DNA of 62,366 nt, the filler included, from Platydemus manokwari (taxonomy: Eukaryota), in assembly GCA_037951405.1 (NCBI GenBank). It is 5 parts of 5 records of this genome, joined end to end, with 100 filler letters (N's around TTAATTAATTAA, not from the genome) between each part and the next. Parts side by side here need not be neighbours in the genome. Positions count along the whole stretch, not along the records: positions 22,323 to 34,911 come from JBBMOY010068901.1; positions 35,012 to 50,132 come from JBBMOY011316982.1; 3 more parts are not named here. One strand, given 5' to 3'. This document shows positions 26,842-41,800 of the stretch, piece by piece. Every line of letters begins with the position of its first letter. Position 1 is the first letter of the stretch. A model generated the notes under the pieces. That model saw nothing but the letters and a program-made list of their open reading frames with translations, did not search any database and was not told the origin of the DNA. Both the position numbers and the translations under genes were made by a program.

Positions 26842-28769
26842 ATATTATTAAAATTTAATATTTATCTCTGTTATTATCGTACTTTTATTTATTTATTTTT
26901 TATCTTTAATATTATAATTAATATTACTATAATATTTGCTATGATTGTAAAATAAATTTAGTGCAAAATGATAATTGTTTGCTGCCACTATTTTATAAAA
27001 ATCGAATGTAAAACGAATCTAAGGACATCAACCAATTAAATTATATCTTTTTTTAATTAAACTGATCATGTATTTTTTTTAATATCGATATGTTCAATTT
27101 AAATATCCTCGCACCATTTTTTCTTCAAATCTTGTATGATTTTTCTCACATATCTTGTTATCTAACTCCGCTTATTTTCATCATTATCTATATAAAATCA
27201 TTTACATATTCTTTAAATTTTCTGTATCGAATTTTCTCTTTATTATTCTCTGTATCATTATTCGAAACCTATTTATTCTCAATACATTCTATCCTTTTTA
27301 TATCTTTTCCTCATTGTATTCTGTGTTTTACCGGCATTGATATTCTCAGATTCGAACTAAAATGCGTGGGTGTCGTATTATTTGTTACCGTTTCTAAAAT
27401 TATGAATTGAAAATGAATCGAGAAATCATCAAACCACAAAACACATATTAATCAAAATGTTCCGTCAAATTAAATTGATCATATATATTTTAATATCCGT
27501 GTATTTTCTGTTATTAATGTTTTCTATTCTATTTTTATTATTTTTCTTTTTATTATTACTAAAACATTTTTTTTAACAAATAAATTTTGTTTTATGTTAA
27601 TATATTAAAACGTACTTGTTCTAGAATCTCAGGTGTTATATTCAAGAAATCAAGGATTTTATCTCAGCTTTGATTCAATCAGATTTTTCCCCAAATATTT
27701 TCGATTGTACTCATCTTGAAAATGATCGAGAGAATGAGAAAAATTTACTCAGACTTTTCATCACTCCGATTATTCAACAAAGAGCTCATTTAAGTTGTCT
27801 TTCAATATTTATATTATTTATCCCGTCCGACGATGAGGAAAAATTGGTCTGCCAAGGTAATTTTGGATTTTTTTTCAATTGCTGTTTTCCGCATTGGGGT
27901 AATTGTCGTGATTTTCGTTAAGATTGACTAACAGACGTGTTCTGCAGTCATTTTTGATAAAGAATAATTGAATTTTCACTTTCTTGAATTGCGAAATAGT
28001 AATTACCGTCAATAAAAATTATTAATTCAACCAGCATTTTCGTATAAAATCCGAATTTTCCGCAAGCTATCTTCATTGATAGATATTCTATTATCGATCT
28101 TATAATAACAATTATATAATCGATACTAGATATTTAATCAGGAGTATATAATAATTATTATTAATATGTTAATAAATTAGTATTAATATATTATTGAAAA
28201 CACAAGGAAAATTAAAGATCACAAGATCAAATCAAATCATAATATAAATAAGGTTCAGTGAATAGTAGAAATTACTATAGAATTTTCAATCTAAAAATAA
28301 GTTGTCGACAAAACAAATCGAAAATATAAGTAGAGATTCAAACAAATTTAAATCCTGAAATTTACATCTAAATTTTGTGAGATTCTGTTTTACTTTTATT
28401 TGTAGTTGATATTGTGGATACCAGTGGATTTGAGTAATTTGCCTTTGGTGTGTGTACACCAATAGTGATGAGCGTAGAAAATTACTCGTTTCGAGGTTTT
28501 TGATTGGTTATTTGAATATCTGCATATAGATTGTCTAAATGTATAATTTCGGGAATGTCTGTAACGTAGATTTTTCAAAAATCTTTCCTGGAAGCTATAT
28601 GACATTCCTATTTAACTTTCTCGAACGTCAATAACAATAGTATTAATGATAATCACGAATACAGATAAATATTTATACTGATATTAGTAATATAATTTAT
28701 GAAGATAATAATTAGAAGTTAATAATTGATTTGATATTTTTTTACTGTCCAACAAATGCAAGTATAGTT

Positions 28770-28831
28770 ACTAGACAGTTCTGCAAGCAAACTGGGTTTC
28801 ATGGCGATGGCAGTCTGTTGAAGACTGCCAT
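28770..28831 (-). mobile_element. Hairpin plus CTAG: candidate Helitron-like 3' terminus
   Basis: Perfect 10-bp stem ATGGCAGTCT-gttga-AGACTGCCAT (28807-28831), a second imperfect stem at 28776-28794, then CTAG|T on the minus strand at 28774-28770. Confidence 0.35.
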
Positions 28832-30317
28832 TAAAAAAAAAGAAATGATTAACAAGAGGAATAGTTCGAAAGTTTTTATTTTCCATTAGTAAAGATAATT
28901 TCTTTATTATTAGAGTAGAGTATTCGTTAAAGTTCTTACGAATACTGGTAAGTGTTTATTGTTCACAAGTATAGAAGTATTTGCAAAGGTAATAATTATG
29001 TCAGAATGAAAATCTCGGCCAGTTGTGCACAATTGTACATGGACTCGTTCTGGTTGTTGTTAAATTAACAGAATTTTATTTAAGGGCTTGGCAAGTTATT
29101 ATCTTTTGGAATCAGATCAATAAGTTAATGAGTATTATTGGGTACTACTACTCCAGGTAAACCAAAGAAAGTCATTAATTATATAAGTACTATTATTATC
29201 AATAAAAAATAATAATATTAAAAAAAATATAATGTAGTAAAAAATGGCTATTATGTAACTTATAATAATAATGTTTGTGACGTACTGGATATTTTCAAAA
29301 TTCTATTCTATTTGCACATAAGTCGAATAATAGAGCCGGCAATGGTTAAAAAGTTATGTTATAAAATTAAATTATTTTTATATTTTTTCATCATACGTTA
29401 ACATAGGGCTCTTCACGATTTTAATGCAATATCCTAAGTTTTTGAACAGATTTTAATGTTTTATTACAAAAGAAAAATTCCGAAAAAAATGTTGGCCTTG
29501 GCCGTTCTTTGATAGTTTATTCGAATTGACTTGATATATTTGAATTTATCACTTGAATAATTATTTTGTTTTTCATCATAACAAATTATTGAAATACAAG
29601 ATTTAAAATTATTTTCATGAGTTTGAAGATAAATGGCAGATAAACACTGCGTTTGACTTCATTAGAACTTTGAGAAATGCTAAATATGAGTACTCCTCAA
29701 AGATTCGTAAATAAATGAGAATACGATTATGACGAAATTCAGTTTTAAAATCCAACATTGATAGCAGCAATTGTATGAGTTCGCTTTTGTTTGACGTTTC
29801 CTTTATTTGATCAGAAGCACACATTTATTGACCTATTGTCATTAAAATATAAACAAAAAGTAAATTATTCGTCCGGAAACAATCGCATCAAGTATGACAA
29901 ATCAAAATCATACGTCAATATCTATTAAAAGAGAACAAAATCTGAATTATTTTCAATTGAAATAATGAGTTACTAGTACAAAATTGGGTTCTGTTTTGCG
30001 ATTACTATATAAATGATCTTGTAAAAAATATACAAGCATTACAATTGGACAATCCGGAATTACACACAAAGATTTTAAAATCAATTAATATGTAAATGAT
30101 CATTTTAAATAGATAATACATTGATATTAAAATATAACTCATGAATTCAATTTAATTTTATATTTTGATTAAATATACTTTGTGGTTTGAAGTTCTTAGA
30201 TTCGTTTTAATATTCTATGGACTCGTAGCACTTTATCGCCTAGTAATATAAGTAAAGAAATGAAAAACATAATCTTCATATTTTCCGTGTATACCGTTTA
30301 AACCATATTTTTCAAAC

Positions 30318-30357
<40 letters not shown>
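30318..30357. repeat. (ATT)n microsatellite
   Basis: Seen directly. Confidence 0.9.
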
Positions 30358-32224
30358 TCATGTTATTTTATGAAATAATGATGAACTCCATATCAAACGA
30401 GTAATTAATTGATTACTTTCCAATGATATAAACACACCCATTAGAGAACTCATTCACCTTTGAACTATTTTTTTCTGTTTTTCAAGCGACATTAAAGTTG
30501 GGTCGCTTTGTTAGTAGCTGTTTACATAAAGTTTGCTAACCACGAATACCATTGAAGTTGCTTACGATATCCGTTTATAAATTGCATCAAATTCATTTTT
30601 ATGGGGACTGTAATGATGATCACGTCAGTGTTCTCGTGTTGAACATTGAATAATAAGGTTTAATGAGAAAAAATTACACCATTATACGTTATTTTTAATA
30701 TTAATATTTAATATAAGTCATTGAATTTTGATTCGCCAATAACATGACTTACACACCACTAATCAAACGCATCGCTACTCTCTACTCAACTGAAATTAGT
30801 ACTTATCGACTAGCCATTACCATCTGTTATGATTTTTTTTTGTTTTCGATCAAACATATTCCTCACAGTTATATTTTTCTCATCCATTTACACGATTTAC
30901 ATTTAAAATTTTATAATTTTTCTTTTTTTATGAAATTTCCAAAATCCCAAATTTTACGTGACGTTATTTTAAAATAGGAAAAATATCAAGTTTGTTGTCG
31001 AATATGGCATGATATATTTGTCCCAATGTATTTTGGAATGCGCAGTACTTTTCTTAAACAATATACTAGATTTATATAATAATTAAAATAAACCGTTTTT
31101 GGCTGCATTGTCGTTGTCATTTCTTCCAAGAATAACATCAAATATAGATAATTATTTCTGACATCAATATTATCAGGAAAAATTGTTCCTGTCATCCCAA
31201 GCATCGTTATCAAGTAGAATTTTTAGAGAATAATACAATTTCTTTTTTTTTAATATAACGCGAAACACTTAGATACGATCTGCGATTAATTGGTTAAATG
31301 GTAATATAATCCATACGATTTTATTGCGTTACAAATGAGATGGGAAGATAGCATTATATAGCATCATAATTTCTCAATGATAAAAATTTAATTCTGAATT
31401 TCGATTATTGAAATACTCTGATATCAATTGTTGTGTCATTTATAGAGCGGAATATTATCTAGGTCATGACATATATTAGTTTGAAACTCCAAATTTATAA
31501 TGCTTCAATATCTTAACCAGCTTTGATGAAAAATGGCTTTTTTGTCGTTATTTCACATTAAAACAAAACATAATAGACCGATGAATATAATTCAATTTGG
31601 CTTTAGAATTAATATCAAATATCCGAGACACATTGGTAGCGGCGGAAGGTATTGAAAAATTTGCTCACATTGGTTTAATGATAAACCTGATAAGAGGTCT
31701 ATATACTCATCGGGATTGTGAATTTGATAATATTATCAAGTGCCATCCAATCAGGATCGGATGGCTTCAGAAACTGTCAAATAAAGGAGCATCGAATCGG
31801 CTTTTTATTCTTCTACCAGATCAATTGATATGCGCAAAGAAAATGATATCTTGCAATTTTTCGGTAATTTGCTTTGTTTATGAAAAATTGATTATGTTTC
31901 ATTATTCAATTTACTAAAATAAAGAGTATCCATTTTTGACCTGATAAACGATGAATGTTCGAAAATATAATAATATGCGAGATATAAATATTAGGTTAGT
32001 GACACATCGATTTTATCTTTCACTGATTTTAAATAAAGAAAAACGAAAATTTTGTGGTGAGGGTGTATTTCGAGCTTATTATGATTATTATTAATATCGT
32101 AATAGTAATTAATATTAATATTTTAATATTATTTTGGGTTTTCGTGCTTAATCGAGAAGCCATCGCGTATTTGGTTTGGTGCTGGAAACGATTTATGATA
32201 TAGAGGACATGGTTGAGAAAGAGC

Positions 32225-32265
<41 letters not shown>
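32225..32265. repeat. Compound (TA)n(GA)n microsatellite
   Basis: Seen directly. Confidence 0.9.
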
Positions 32266-34444
32266 TAACGACAGGCGGGAGACAAAGAGAGTAAATATAG
32301 AAATATAAAGCGAATTTAATATTAAAAAAAGAGCAGAAATGCAGAATACAACTACAAGAGATGTGAAGGGGGCGCGCGGATTTAAACTTCTCAATAAATA
32401 TTTTTAATAAAACGCTTAAATACTTTTTTTATTATATTTTGAATAAATATACTTTTGTGGATTGTAGTTCTTGGATTTGATTATTTATTATTGTTGTTAT
32501 TATTATTGTTAATTTTGTAATTTTTCATCCATAATGAGATTTTGATTTGCCAATAAAAATAAACCGAAAATTTCTAACCACAATTATATTTTTGTTTCGT
32601 TTACAAAAATTTAAAGATTGATTTAAGCAATAAATCGATCACAATCAAACAATATCTCTTAGTAGAAATTGATTTTCAGAAAAAAAAATCGATAATTTCG
32701 ATTGTTTTGTTGATAATACTGTTAGTTGCTAACACTTCGACGCTTTTTAGGTTATATGCAAAAGTCATAACTAGTAATGTGCAAATAAATATTTTTTCAT
32801 ATTAGACATTATTCAAACAAATATTCCTTCTTTTAAAAATTCCGATTAAAGTAAAACATATTTTTTAAACACATTTATTTTATGATTAATTTTTTAAGAC
32901 ATTTTGAGAGATTACAGTAACGGTCTGAGCAATATAAATATTAAATATTTTTTTAATATAATTAATTAAAAATATTCTTTGTTTTAAATTATTAAATTTA
33001 ATTTAAAAAATTAAATTTAAAATAATTAAATTTAAATTTTAAACCACAGACTCACAATAAAGATAACAACATGGTATTAATTTTATTTTATTATCAATCT
33101 AAAATTCAAACATCATCGAATAATTTTTAACATAACTCATTACATGAAATCCTAAATAAAATAATCAATTCTGCACTGTTCGAGCTCCTATATACAGTTT
33201 AAAATACAGAAATAATTTTTCTCTGTTATTTGAGAAAGCGCACAATATATTCTTGAATAAAATCCTTTCATTTTCTTGGTATATGAGAAAATCTGTTGGC
33301 ATCGAAATAAAGTGTAAAATACAGCTATTCTGTGAATATTGATTTACTCATCAATCCATGAAGTTAGTTGGAACAGAATATTTTTCAAAAATATGCTGTA
33401 GATTATCACAGAAAATTCATATTCAAATACACACACACAAAAGACAAAAATTTTATTTAGAACAATTTGACCGATGAAAAATTATTTGATTTTATTTCAA
33501 GAAATTATAAAATTTTCCTTTCAATTACACGACTGGATCAATCATTTCATTTTCGATATTTTATATCTTTTCTCATACTTTATGGCTTTATAATACTCAG
33601 CATAATTTTCAATCTATCCACCAAATCGTTCACATGGTTTAGAAGGTTTATTTGTCATCAAAGCAGTGATGAATGATTTAATTGGACGTTTATTTAAGTT
33701 AATTCAAAGCCTTTGTGAATAAATTTACCAAATTATTCCAGATTTTCATACATAGTAAGGTCCAAAATAACTTTTGAAACTTCCTTATAATTAATCAATT
33801 TATCTATTCCTTAAATTAGCTTGATTTGTTCTTTGATTTTATGGAATAACCTGAATTATCGAAGTTACAAACATGAGCTTCGGCCATTAATGACCAACCA
33901 ATCGTATGAAAGTTAAAAATTAAATCGATAAATTTCAATTTATTATTGACCTCGTTTATAAATCATTTATGACATTTGTTTTTAGTCAATCGTAAAGAGA
34001 ACAACGTGGAAGTTCAAAATCATCTTTAATTGTTGCTACTGATTAAAACATTGTGATGATTAACGAAATAAAATAAAGAAATCGAAAAACATACCGAAGA
34101 CAATTAGAATTATTGACATTATCCTCCACCAATTAACCGGAGAGTGATATAATATTAAACAGCCAATTTGAACAATTGATTAGAAAATTATGAGTATTGT
34201 TTTATGAGTATAATTTTATTAACCTCACCAATAAGCAGCGGTTAGGTGTTCAATGAATATTTACAATTCATTATTATTATTATTATTCAATCTCCGGAAT
34301 ATATTGACTAGTCAAATCATGTCATAATATGATACCCATATATAAATTATTGTAAAATATAAAGTTGAACGAAAACAAATCTAAACTCAATAAAATAAAC
34401 CGTTTTTAAAAACAAATTCTTCTTTACAACAATCAACGAAATGA

Positions 34445-34478
<34 letters not shown>

Positions 34479-34911
34479 TATTAATAAAATTATAGTAAAT
34501 TGTCAAAATTTATAATTATCACTTTGTAAAGCATACGCTGCCAATTGATACAAATCATTGCTCCTTCCAAGCAGTCGACCACTGTACAAGTCTCGTCTTA
34601 GTTGCAAATATAAAAAGTAACTGAAGAAGATATAAACTATTCTAACAATTATGGTTCAGATTATTTCGAATTACCAAGCTAAATCCTGTTTTAAATCTTC
34701 CATTGGAGAAGCTGGGTAGTGCTTAATGCGAAAGCTTACAACATATGGGTGGGTATCTAAAAATAGAATTATCGTATTCATGGAAACGCTTGCATAAGTA
34801 AGCATATTAATTTTTTAATTGAGAAAATAAAATTTAACTATTTTATTTTGAATTGATTATTAGATTTATGCAATAATATTCCTAGTATCAGTGCATCAGT
34901 AGACCGGTTTG

Positions 34912-35011
34912 NNNNNNNNNNNNNNNNNNNNNNNNNNNNNNNNNNNNNNNNNNNNTTAATTAATTAANNNNNNNNNNNNNNNNNNNNNNNNNNNNNNNNN
35001 NNNNNNNNNNN
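34912..35011. other. Assembly gap with linker
   Basis: N run + TTAATTAATTAA. Confidence 0.98.
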
Positions 35012-35864
35012 GATACAAAAATTAATCAAAATTATTAAATATTAATTAATAATTAAATTTTATTATTTATTGATTAATTTTTTATCATTTATTTATATTG
35101 ATTTCTTATTTGCGTTTATTAATCAAAAAATAATCTATTTGTTATTTAATTATCCTAAATTATTGATTCCTTCATTCAATGATTTCAACAAATATCTGAT
35201 AATAAACATTTCCCGTCTCTATCCAACGCATTTTGCACTCCATAATCAAAAATGCTGCCGACCAAATTGTTTTTCCTCAATTTAACAACCAGCACCCATT
35301 TTGACCGCTTCCTTTGTGAAACGATTCCAAATTCGATAGAAATCACACTGACAGAATCATCTCATTGATGCCATCTCATATCGAGATCGGCAACAAGTCT
35401 ATTTGAAAATGAAACAAGCTATGGATAAAGAAATTCACTGGCACAAAAAACGCACACACCAACTCCTCATTCCAATAATTCCGATGTGTGTGTTTCTATG
35501 AACGACATATTCCAGCACCACATAGTGGCGATAATTGCCCTTCACACACCTGCACAATTATCTTCGCATGTACTGTAAATTGAAATCTGTTTTAGTATCA
35601 GCTTAATATTGGATATTATTTACTCTATAATTTTGAATTGATTACATCATACAGTCCGGATCAATATTTTTCCGATGATAATAAGCAACAGTATTGATTT
35701 TCTCATTTCATGCACTGAATATGCATGGATGTTGTTGTCGTGTACAAGCAAAACTCGCACTCGGTGACATAACTTCGAATATATCGATCAGTATAAATTC
35801 ACATGGATTATCTCGATTTTCAATAATCGTTTATTTCAAACTCTTACATTAATCTCTTTCAAAA

Positions 35865-38800
35865 ATGCTTCGTTGTCTCGGAAAAAGTTCTCGAAAATAC
35901 AAACAAAAGAAAATCGTTCGTCGAATGAGTGTCGATATGGCAGAGGAAAACAAATCGTTGAACGAATCGATTATTGGTGTTTCGGAATGCTTCGTTGGAT
36001 ATGAAAGTGCTCCGGAATCTCAAGAAAATCGATCTGCCAATCTCGAAATTGCCGCTAAATTAGACCTTGATCAACCCAGCCCACGAACCCCGAAACTAAA
36101 GAAACCAAAAGTATGTTTAACTAAAATCACGGTGACTATTTTTTGGCTTAATATTTTACTTTCACTTTGCTTTGATCGTGTCACGAATTTGTTGTCGTTT
36201 TTATTCACTCAGATAGGAGAAATATTTTTTCTCTCAAATCACAGGGTAATTGCTGCCGTCTATTGTGCTGGAGTACATTCTAATGAGACGATTTAAACAA
36301 GTCAATTTTAGGATGACTTCCCCAGGCAAAACTTTGTTTTAATTTGCATTGACATTTTAAAGCGCCTTCTCTCTGTGGTTTTCTTTCCTGTTAGCTCATA
36401 AACCAGAGCAGTGGCAATCGAGATTTAATGACAGTTTTATATTTTGGAATTCTTATGAGCTCTGAGTTATTATTACATATTAAATGATAATAATAATAAT
36501 AAATAATAATTAATATTATTACTAAATCATAATAAATAATCATAATAAACAATAATCTATATAGATAATAAATCAATAAATACAGTAAAAAAAGAGTTTT
36601 ATTATTTGTTTAAATGAGATAACAATAAATCAATAATTCCACAATTTCCCAATCACTGCATCTAGAAACGATCAACGAAAGTGTATGCCGGTACCTGGGA
36701 AACATGATGTCGCATGAAACTCATTGTCACACACGGTACTAGATCGTTAAATGAGGATAATTGCGGAGTTGATGTAAATAATGTCAAACTCATACCGCAA
36801 AAACAACACAAAACTCGTTTGTGAAGCTCATAATAAAACGGGTTTGTTATCGGAAAAGTGGACAAATATCGACCGTAGTTTACAGAATAAGTGGCCTCAA
36901 ATCAATTGGAGATTGGGTGTAGAAAGAAAAAACGAGGATATAAAATTAAATTCGATTTCCTACACAGAGTGGAAAATCAGACATCGATGTTATTGATTTG
37001 TCTATTTATGTTATGAGTTAATCAAGATGTTATGCATGGATAAGACTGCTTTTCTTTTATACGAGACAGTTACCGTGGAAACGGCAAGAAAATTTAGGAT
37101 AGAATGAAATTTGTCTTTCTGCCAGAACTACAATTGTTCCATTTCATTGGCTGCTCTGAGATGGCACACCAGTATCGAAACTTATCAGCTCTGCATCGAG
37201 TAGGCAGCTCACGAGAAATATTGTGAGTACAAGCTTAGCCGGCGTTTGATTGGTTGAACGATTCCACATATGTATTCAATTCCGGTCGTGCCATGTCAGA
37301 GCAGTTATTTTAATGCTGATCTTAACGTTTTGCTTGACAAATTAATCATCTCCCAGTAGTAGACAATCCAAGATCTTTTCGATGGTCGAGGAAAGAAAAG
37401 ACAGTTTGGTAAGCTTAGAGAAATTTCGAATTAAAGAATTTTTCAGTGTAGTATTAAAGTTAAATAACGGAATGATTTGTAATTAATATTTCAGAATGCC
37501 ATCTAATTAAAAGCTTGAATTGTTTTGATTTTACATCAATCAAAAGTTTAATTTTTTAGATTTTCTATCATTCGATTTGACAATTTTGATGGAATCAATT
37601 ATTAGATGATATTGATTGATTCGATTAATAAAATATGTTTAGGCCATTGAATAAATTTAATCGATATTAAAGGATTATTTTGATCGATTTTCATCGATTA
37701 CCGATTATTTGAATTATTATGATTATATATTATCATAATTATGATTACTTTATCAGATATATTTTATTCGATACACATTAATCTATTTATTGTAAATCGA
37801 TTTTTATTGATCCAATAAAAAAATCGATAATATCGATTGATTTATTTTTATGGGTTAAACAAGGAACTTTGAACGAAATTTTTTAACAGAATGAATTGGA
37901 ATGTTAATCCATTTTGTCTTTTATTTCAGACTGAAAAAGCACATGCATTTCTACGAGCTGCAAGAGCTGGAAATGTCGAAAAAGTGAAGGAATTCCTTCA
38001 ATCAGATATCAAACCAGACATGAGCAATACGGTAATTCAGTATTTTGATTTTGTGAATTTTCTTTTATTCTAATATGAATTTTGTCATTCAAATCGGTGC
38101 TAATGGCTTCATCTAGCGGATATGTTAAACGAAATTTATAAAATTGATTTTTATTAAAAGATAAATACGTCCCTATTTCGATATCCCATCCATTAAAAGG
38201 TCCAGTATCAATGATATGAGGAATGAATGAATTGATACCGAAACATATCAGATCGATTATTATTTCTTTTGAGTTTCGTTGTTTATCAAAGGATAAGTCT
38301 GTTAGCGATCTGATATTCGACTCAAAACGAGATCGTTAGACATCTATGATGCTGCTGATGTCAAGGAATGACGATGAATCACAACATGGCATCCCTGTGT
38401 GTGTGATCATCGATTACATAATCGACCAATTGATTAATAGACACCGATTTCAAATAAAGATAACCAACCTATTCAGAATATTACGTTATTACGTTATTCA
38501 AATACTCAATTCCTATCACCAAACGAAACCAACATTCTTGAGATATATTTATTTCTTTTTTCATCAATGGTTTAGAGTTTGGTGTTTTAGTTTTCTCTGT
38601 CAGAAAATGAAGCCTTTGAAACAAAAAATCGATTGATTAAAATCATTATTTTCATTTCTGAATTTTTCTGACAAACCAGAAAACGGAGAAATTTATCAGT
38701 ATATCGAAATATAATTATAGAGAAGAAAACCTGGCCATTCTCTAATTCGATTTGCTTAATGAATTGTGGGGGATATTTGTGAATGGGAAGTCTATCTAAG

Positions 38801-41800
38801 AATTTTACATATGATCTCTCGCATTGAAAATTGTCTGATGAAATGAAATGTAAATTCGATCTATCAGTAGTTGCCATGGTTTTTTTTGAGTCGAAAAAAA
38901 TATCGCCAAACTTTAGAAATGTCAAGCCTATACCAAATGTCAGGCATCACAAATTTCCAAAACTTCAACTCCGACATAAAGTCGATAAATAGTGATAGAA
39001 ATGTCACAGCGTTGAGTTTGACATGTCAGGCATTTGCATTCCACCAAATCTAAATTTAAAAATTCTAATAATTTGATGATAGAGAATTATGAAATTATTC
39101 GGTATTTCTATCGATTGATAATGTGAATTATCGAGCTTATTTAATTCCTGGAACCGTTAATTATATATATATCCACGGAACAGATATAAAATGGACATAT
39201 TTTGAGAGAAATATTCAGGATATTCGCAAAAATTATGCGAAATATGAGATAATTAAATTTCATTGAACCGAAACTATGGTCATGTATTGGCCACAGCACA
39301 GTGTTGGCAATGTTGTAGTTTTATTATCCATCTCATTTGCTGGTGACAGCGAATATTTATAGTATTGATATCGATTAAAATCCGCCATTGATATCGTAAC
39401 GATAGTAACTATCAATCGATAACCACATATCCCAGACTTCAATCATAGACAATAAAAATCCATCGTAAATAAAATTGCCAGTCATCAGCGTCCAATGAAA
39501 TATGAAAATTAAAACAACAAACATAATCAGCTCTACAAATTCAATGTTTCAGTTAGCAGAAGGTTATCAAATTTCTCCGATAGAGCTTCAAGACAACTAA
39601 TTGTAAATATTAAAAAAAAAAACGAAATCACCAGAAAATGCTATTAGCGAGAAAAATAATTCCAATATTGGATTTGAAATTCCAGGAATTCATTTTATCA
39701 AATATCGATTTTTTCCAACACTTTATTTTAAAATTACTAATGATATTATTTTCGATTTTAATATTCAATATTTGAATGAAATTGGTAAATCGATAAATGA
39801 TTTATTGATAATTTATCGATTATTTATTGATTTATGAATTAATTGATGACCACTTAATTTATCATGAGAAAAATCGATAAAACATTGAATAATATGTTGA
39901 TAAATTAATTTATAATTAATGAATCAATTGACCAATTGACAAAAGAAATCAACGTCAGAAAATAAATGGAAATCTCAAAGCAATAATATGAAAATAACAT
40001 CACCATTGAGAACTAAACAATTGACCAGACAATGAAAAAGTTTCAAAATAATAATAATAATAATAATAATTATTATTATTATCTTAAAACCAATAATATA
40101 CTACAATTTCAATTCCAGGTTGCCAGGGCAATTTTGTAGACTCTCTGTGAAACGATATGAAACGAAATATCATCATGATCTAATATACAATAATAAATTA
40201 TTTATTTTCTCAGTCGACATTCCAATTTTCAACCCAGCAGCAGCAGCAAAATAGAACTTCATTTCCATTAAGGAAATGCCAACAGAAATCTCATTTATTT
40301 CGATGTTTAATTCGAGTTAATTCAAGACATTAACCAAACAATAGCGGGGTGATATGAATCTCTTTTTTATTAATTAAAACAATCATTACAACTAGTAAAT
40401 TCGAAATAGATATTCCATCTTATTCGCTGGCTGTCAATCACTGGCAATTATTCATTAATAAATGTCAATATTTATACTACTTATCTTTGATAGTAGAATA
40501 AAAATAAATAAATAATTATATGAATAGTCAACGTGTTTATTGATGACGATTTTTCAAGGATTATTTGGGAATCAAAGCACTGACGACGAACGTCTGGACG
40601 AATATCAAACTGAATTATTAATTTCAGTCAAAAGACAAACAAAAAATAAACGAAAATTTCTCGACTTATCTTATTAATTAATAAATTGATCATTGTGAAT
40701 TATCGATGATAGTTGTTCCTGGGAAATGATTGATGACAAAAATAAAACAGTAACCCCACATCTCCCCCCCCCATACTAACTGCTACAACAGCAAATAGCA
40801 ATTTGGCATGCAACGCCGTTGGATTTTTTCTCTACAGAAAATAAACTATTTTTCCATGTGTTTGCCATGATAATTATAACTGGGATCATTCTTCCTGTTG
40901 GTAGCGCTCATAAATACTTAGATCGACATTGTTATATCAGTAGTTGGTCTTACAAATACTGTGTCAATGGGTAGATGGGATAAATTTCTCAATTTCTATG
41001 ACAAATACGTAATGGGATATTATTTGGTGAAATCAAGTAAAACCGGGAATAATCGATCTATTTACAGAATGGTCTTAATGCCATGCATCTGGCTTCAAAG
41101 GAAGGAAACACTGAAGTCGTCAAATTACTAATAAACAATGGTCTATCGGTGGATATCGCCACTCGGAAAGGAAATACATCACTCCATATTGCATGTCTCG
41201 CCGGACGACTGGAGGTCGTGAAAATGCTCCTGGAGCATAAAGCCAACATCAATATCAAGAGTCAAGTAATTTGATGTTGATAAATGGAAATATTTTCTGA
41301 AAATATTTTTCAACTATCAGAACGGATTTACGCCTTTGTACATGGCCGCTCAAGAGAACCATTTAGAAGTTGTGAAAGTATTACTAGAATATGGAGCAAA
41401 TCAAGCTATAACAACAGATGTAATCATAAATCAATATAGGATTATATGCATAAAATGTTTGTTAATCTAGGATGGTTTCACCCCTTTGGCTGTCGCTCTT
41501 CAACAAGGAAACGATAAAGTAGTCCAATATCTACTAGACAATGACTCAAGAAGCAAAGTAAGACTACCAGCTTTACACATTGCCGCGAAAAAGGATGACG
41601 TCAACGCTGCAAGTCTATTAATTGGTTCAACTGATGATAATGTCGACCATCAGTCAGCGGTGAGTTATCATAAATTTATTATTTCCTTTTACTAATTTTG
41701 AGTTTGAAATTATTTTCTTTGATGAGAAATCAATGTTAGAATAAGTATTAGTATGGGAATCTCAGAAAATAGTTTTGGAGTTGATAATTTATAAAAACAA

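Larger units (their letters stand above)
24127..34797 (+). pseudogene. FARP-like FERM/RhoGEF(DH)/PH/PH locus, damaged and apparently rearranged
   Basis: Clean in-frame exons 24354-24566 (phase 0-0), 27625-27856 (0-1) and 31607-31863 (1-0) give DH-like helices and PH1 IRIGWLQKLSNKGASNRLFILLPDQLI. Damaged pieces: DH start 24127-24188 (ERNYM..LDVLL only with frameshifts), PH1 end SLIVATD* (34023), PH2 start MGGYLKIELSYSWKRL (34745). FERM-C-like ISWSKIS (25784) and FERM-adjacent-like ..SSYISFR exon 26244-26352. Confidence 0.6.

Noticed and set aside
40047-40082. (AAT)n(ATT)n inverted repeat
   Set aside because: Simple microsatellite inversion with no other support.
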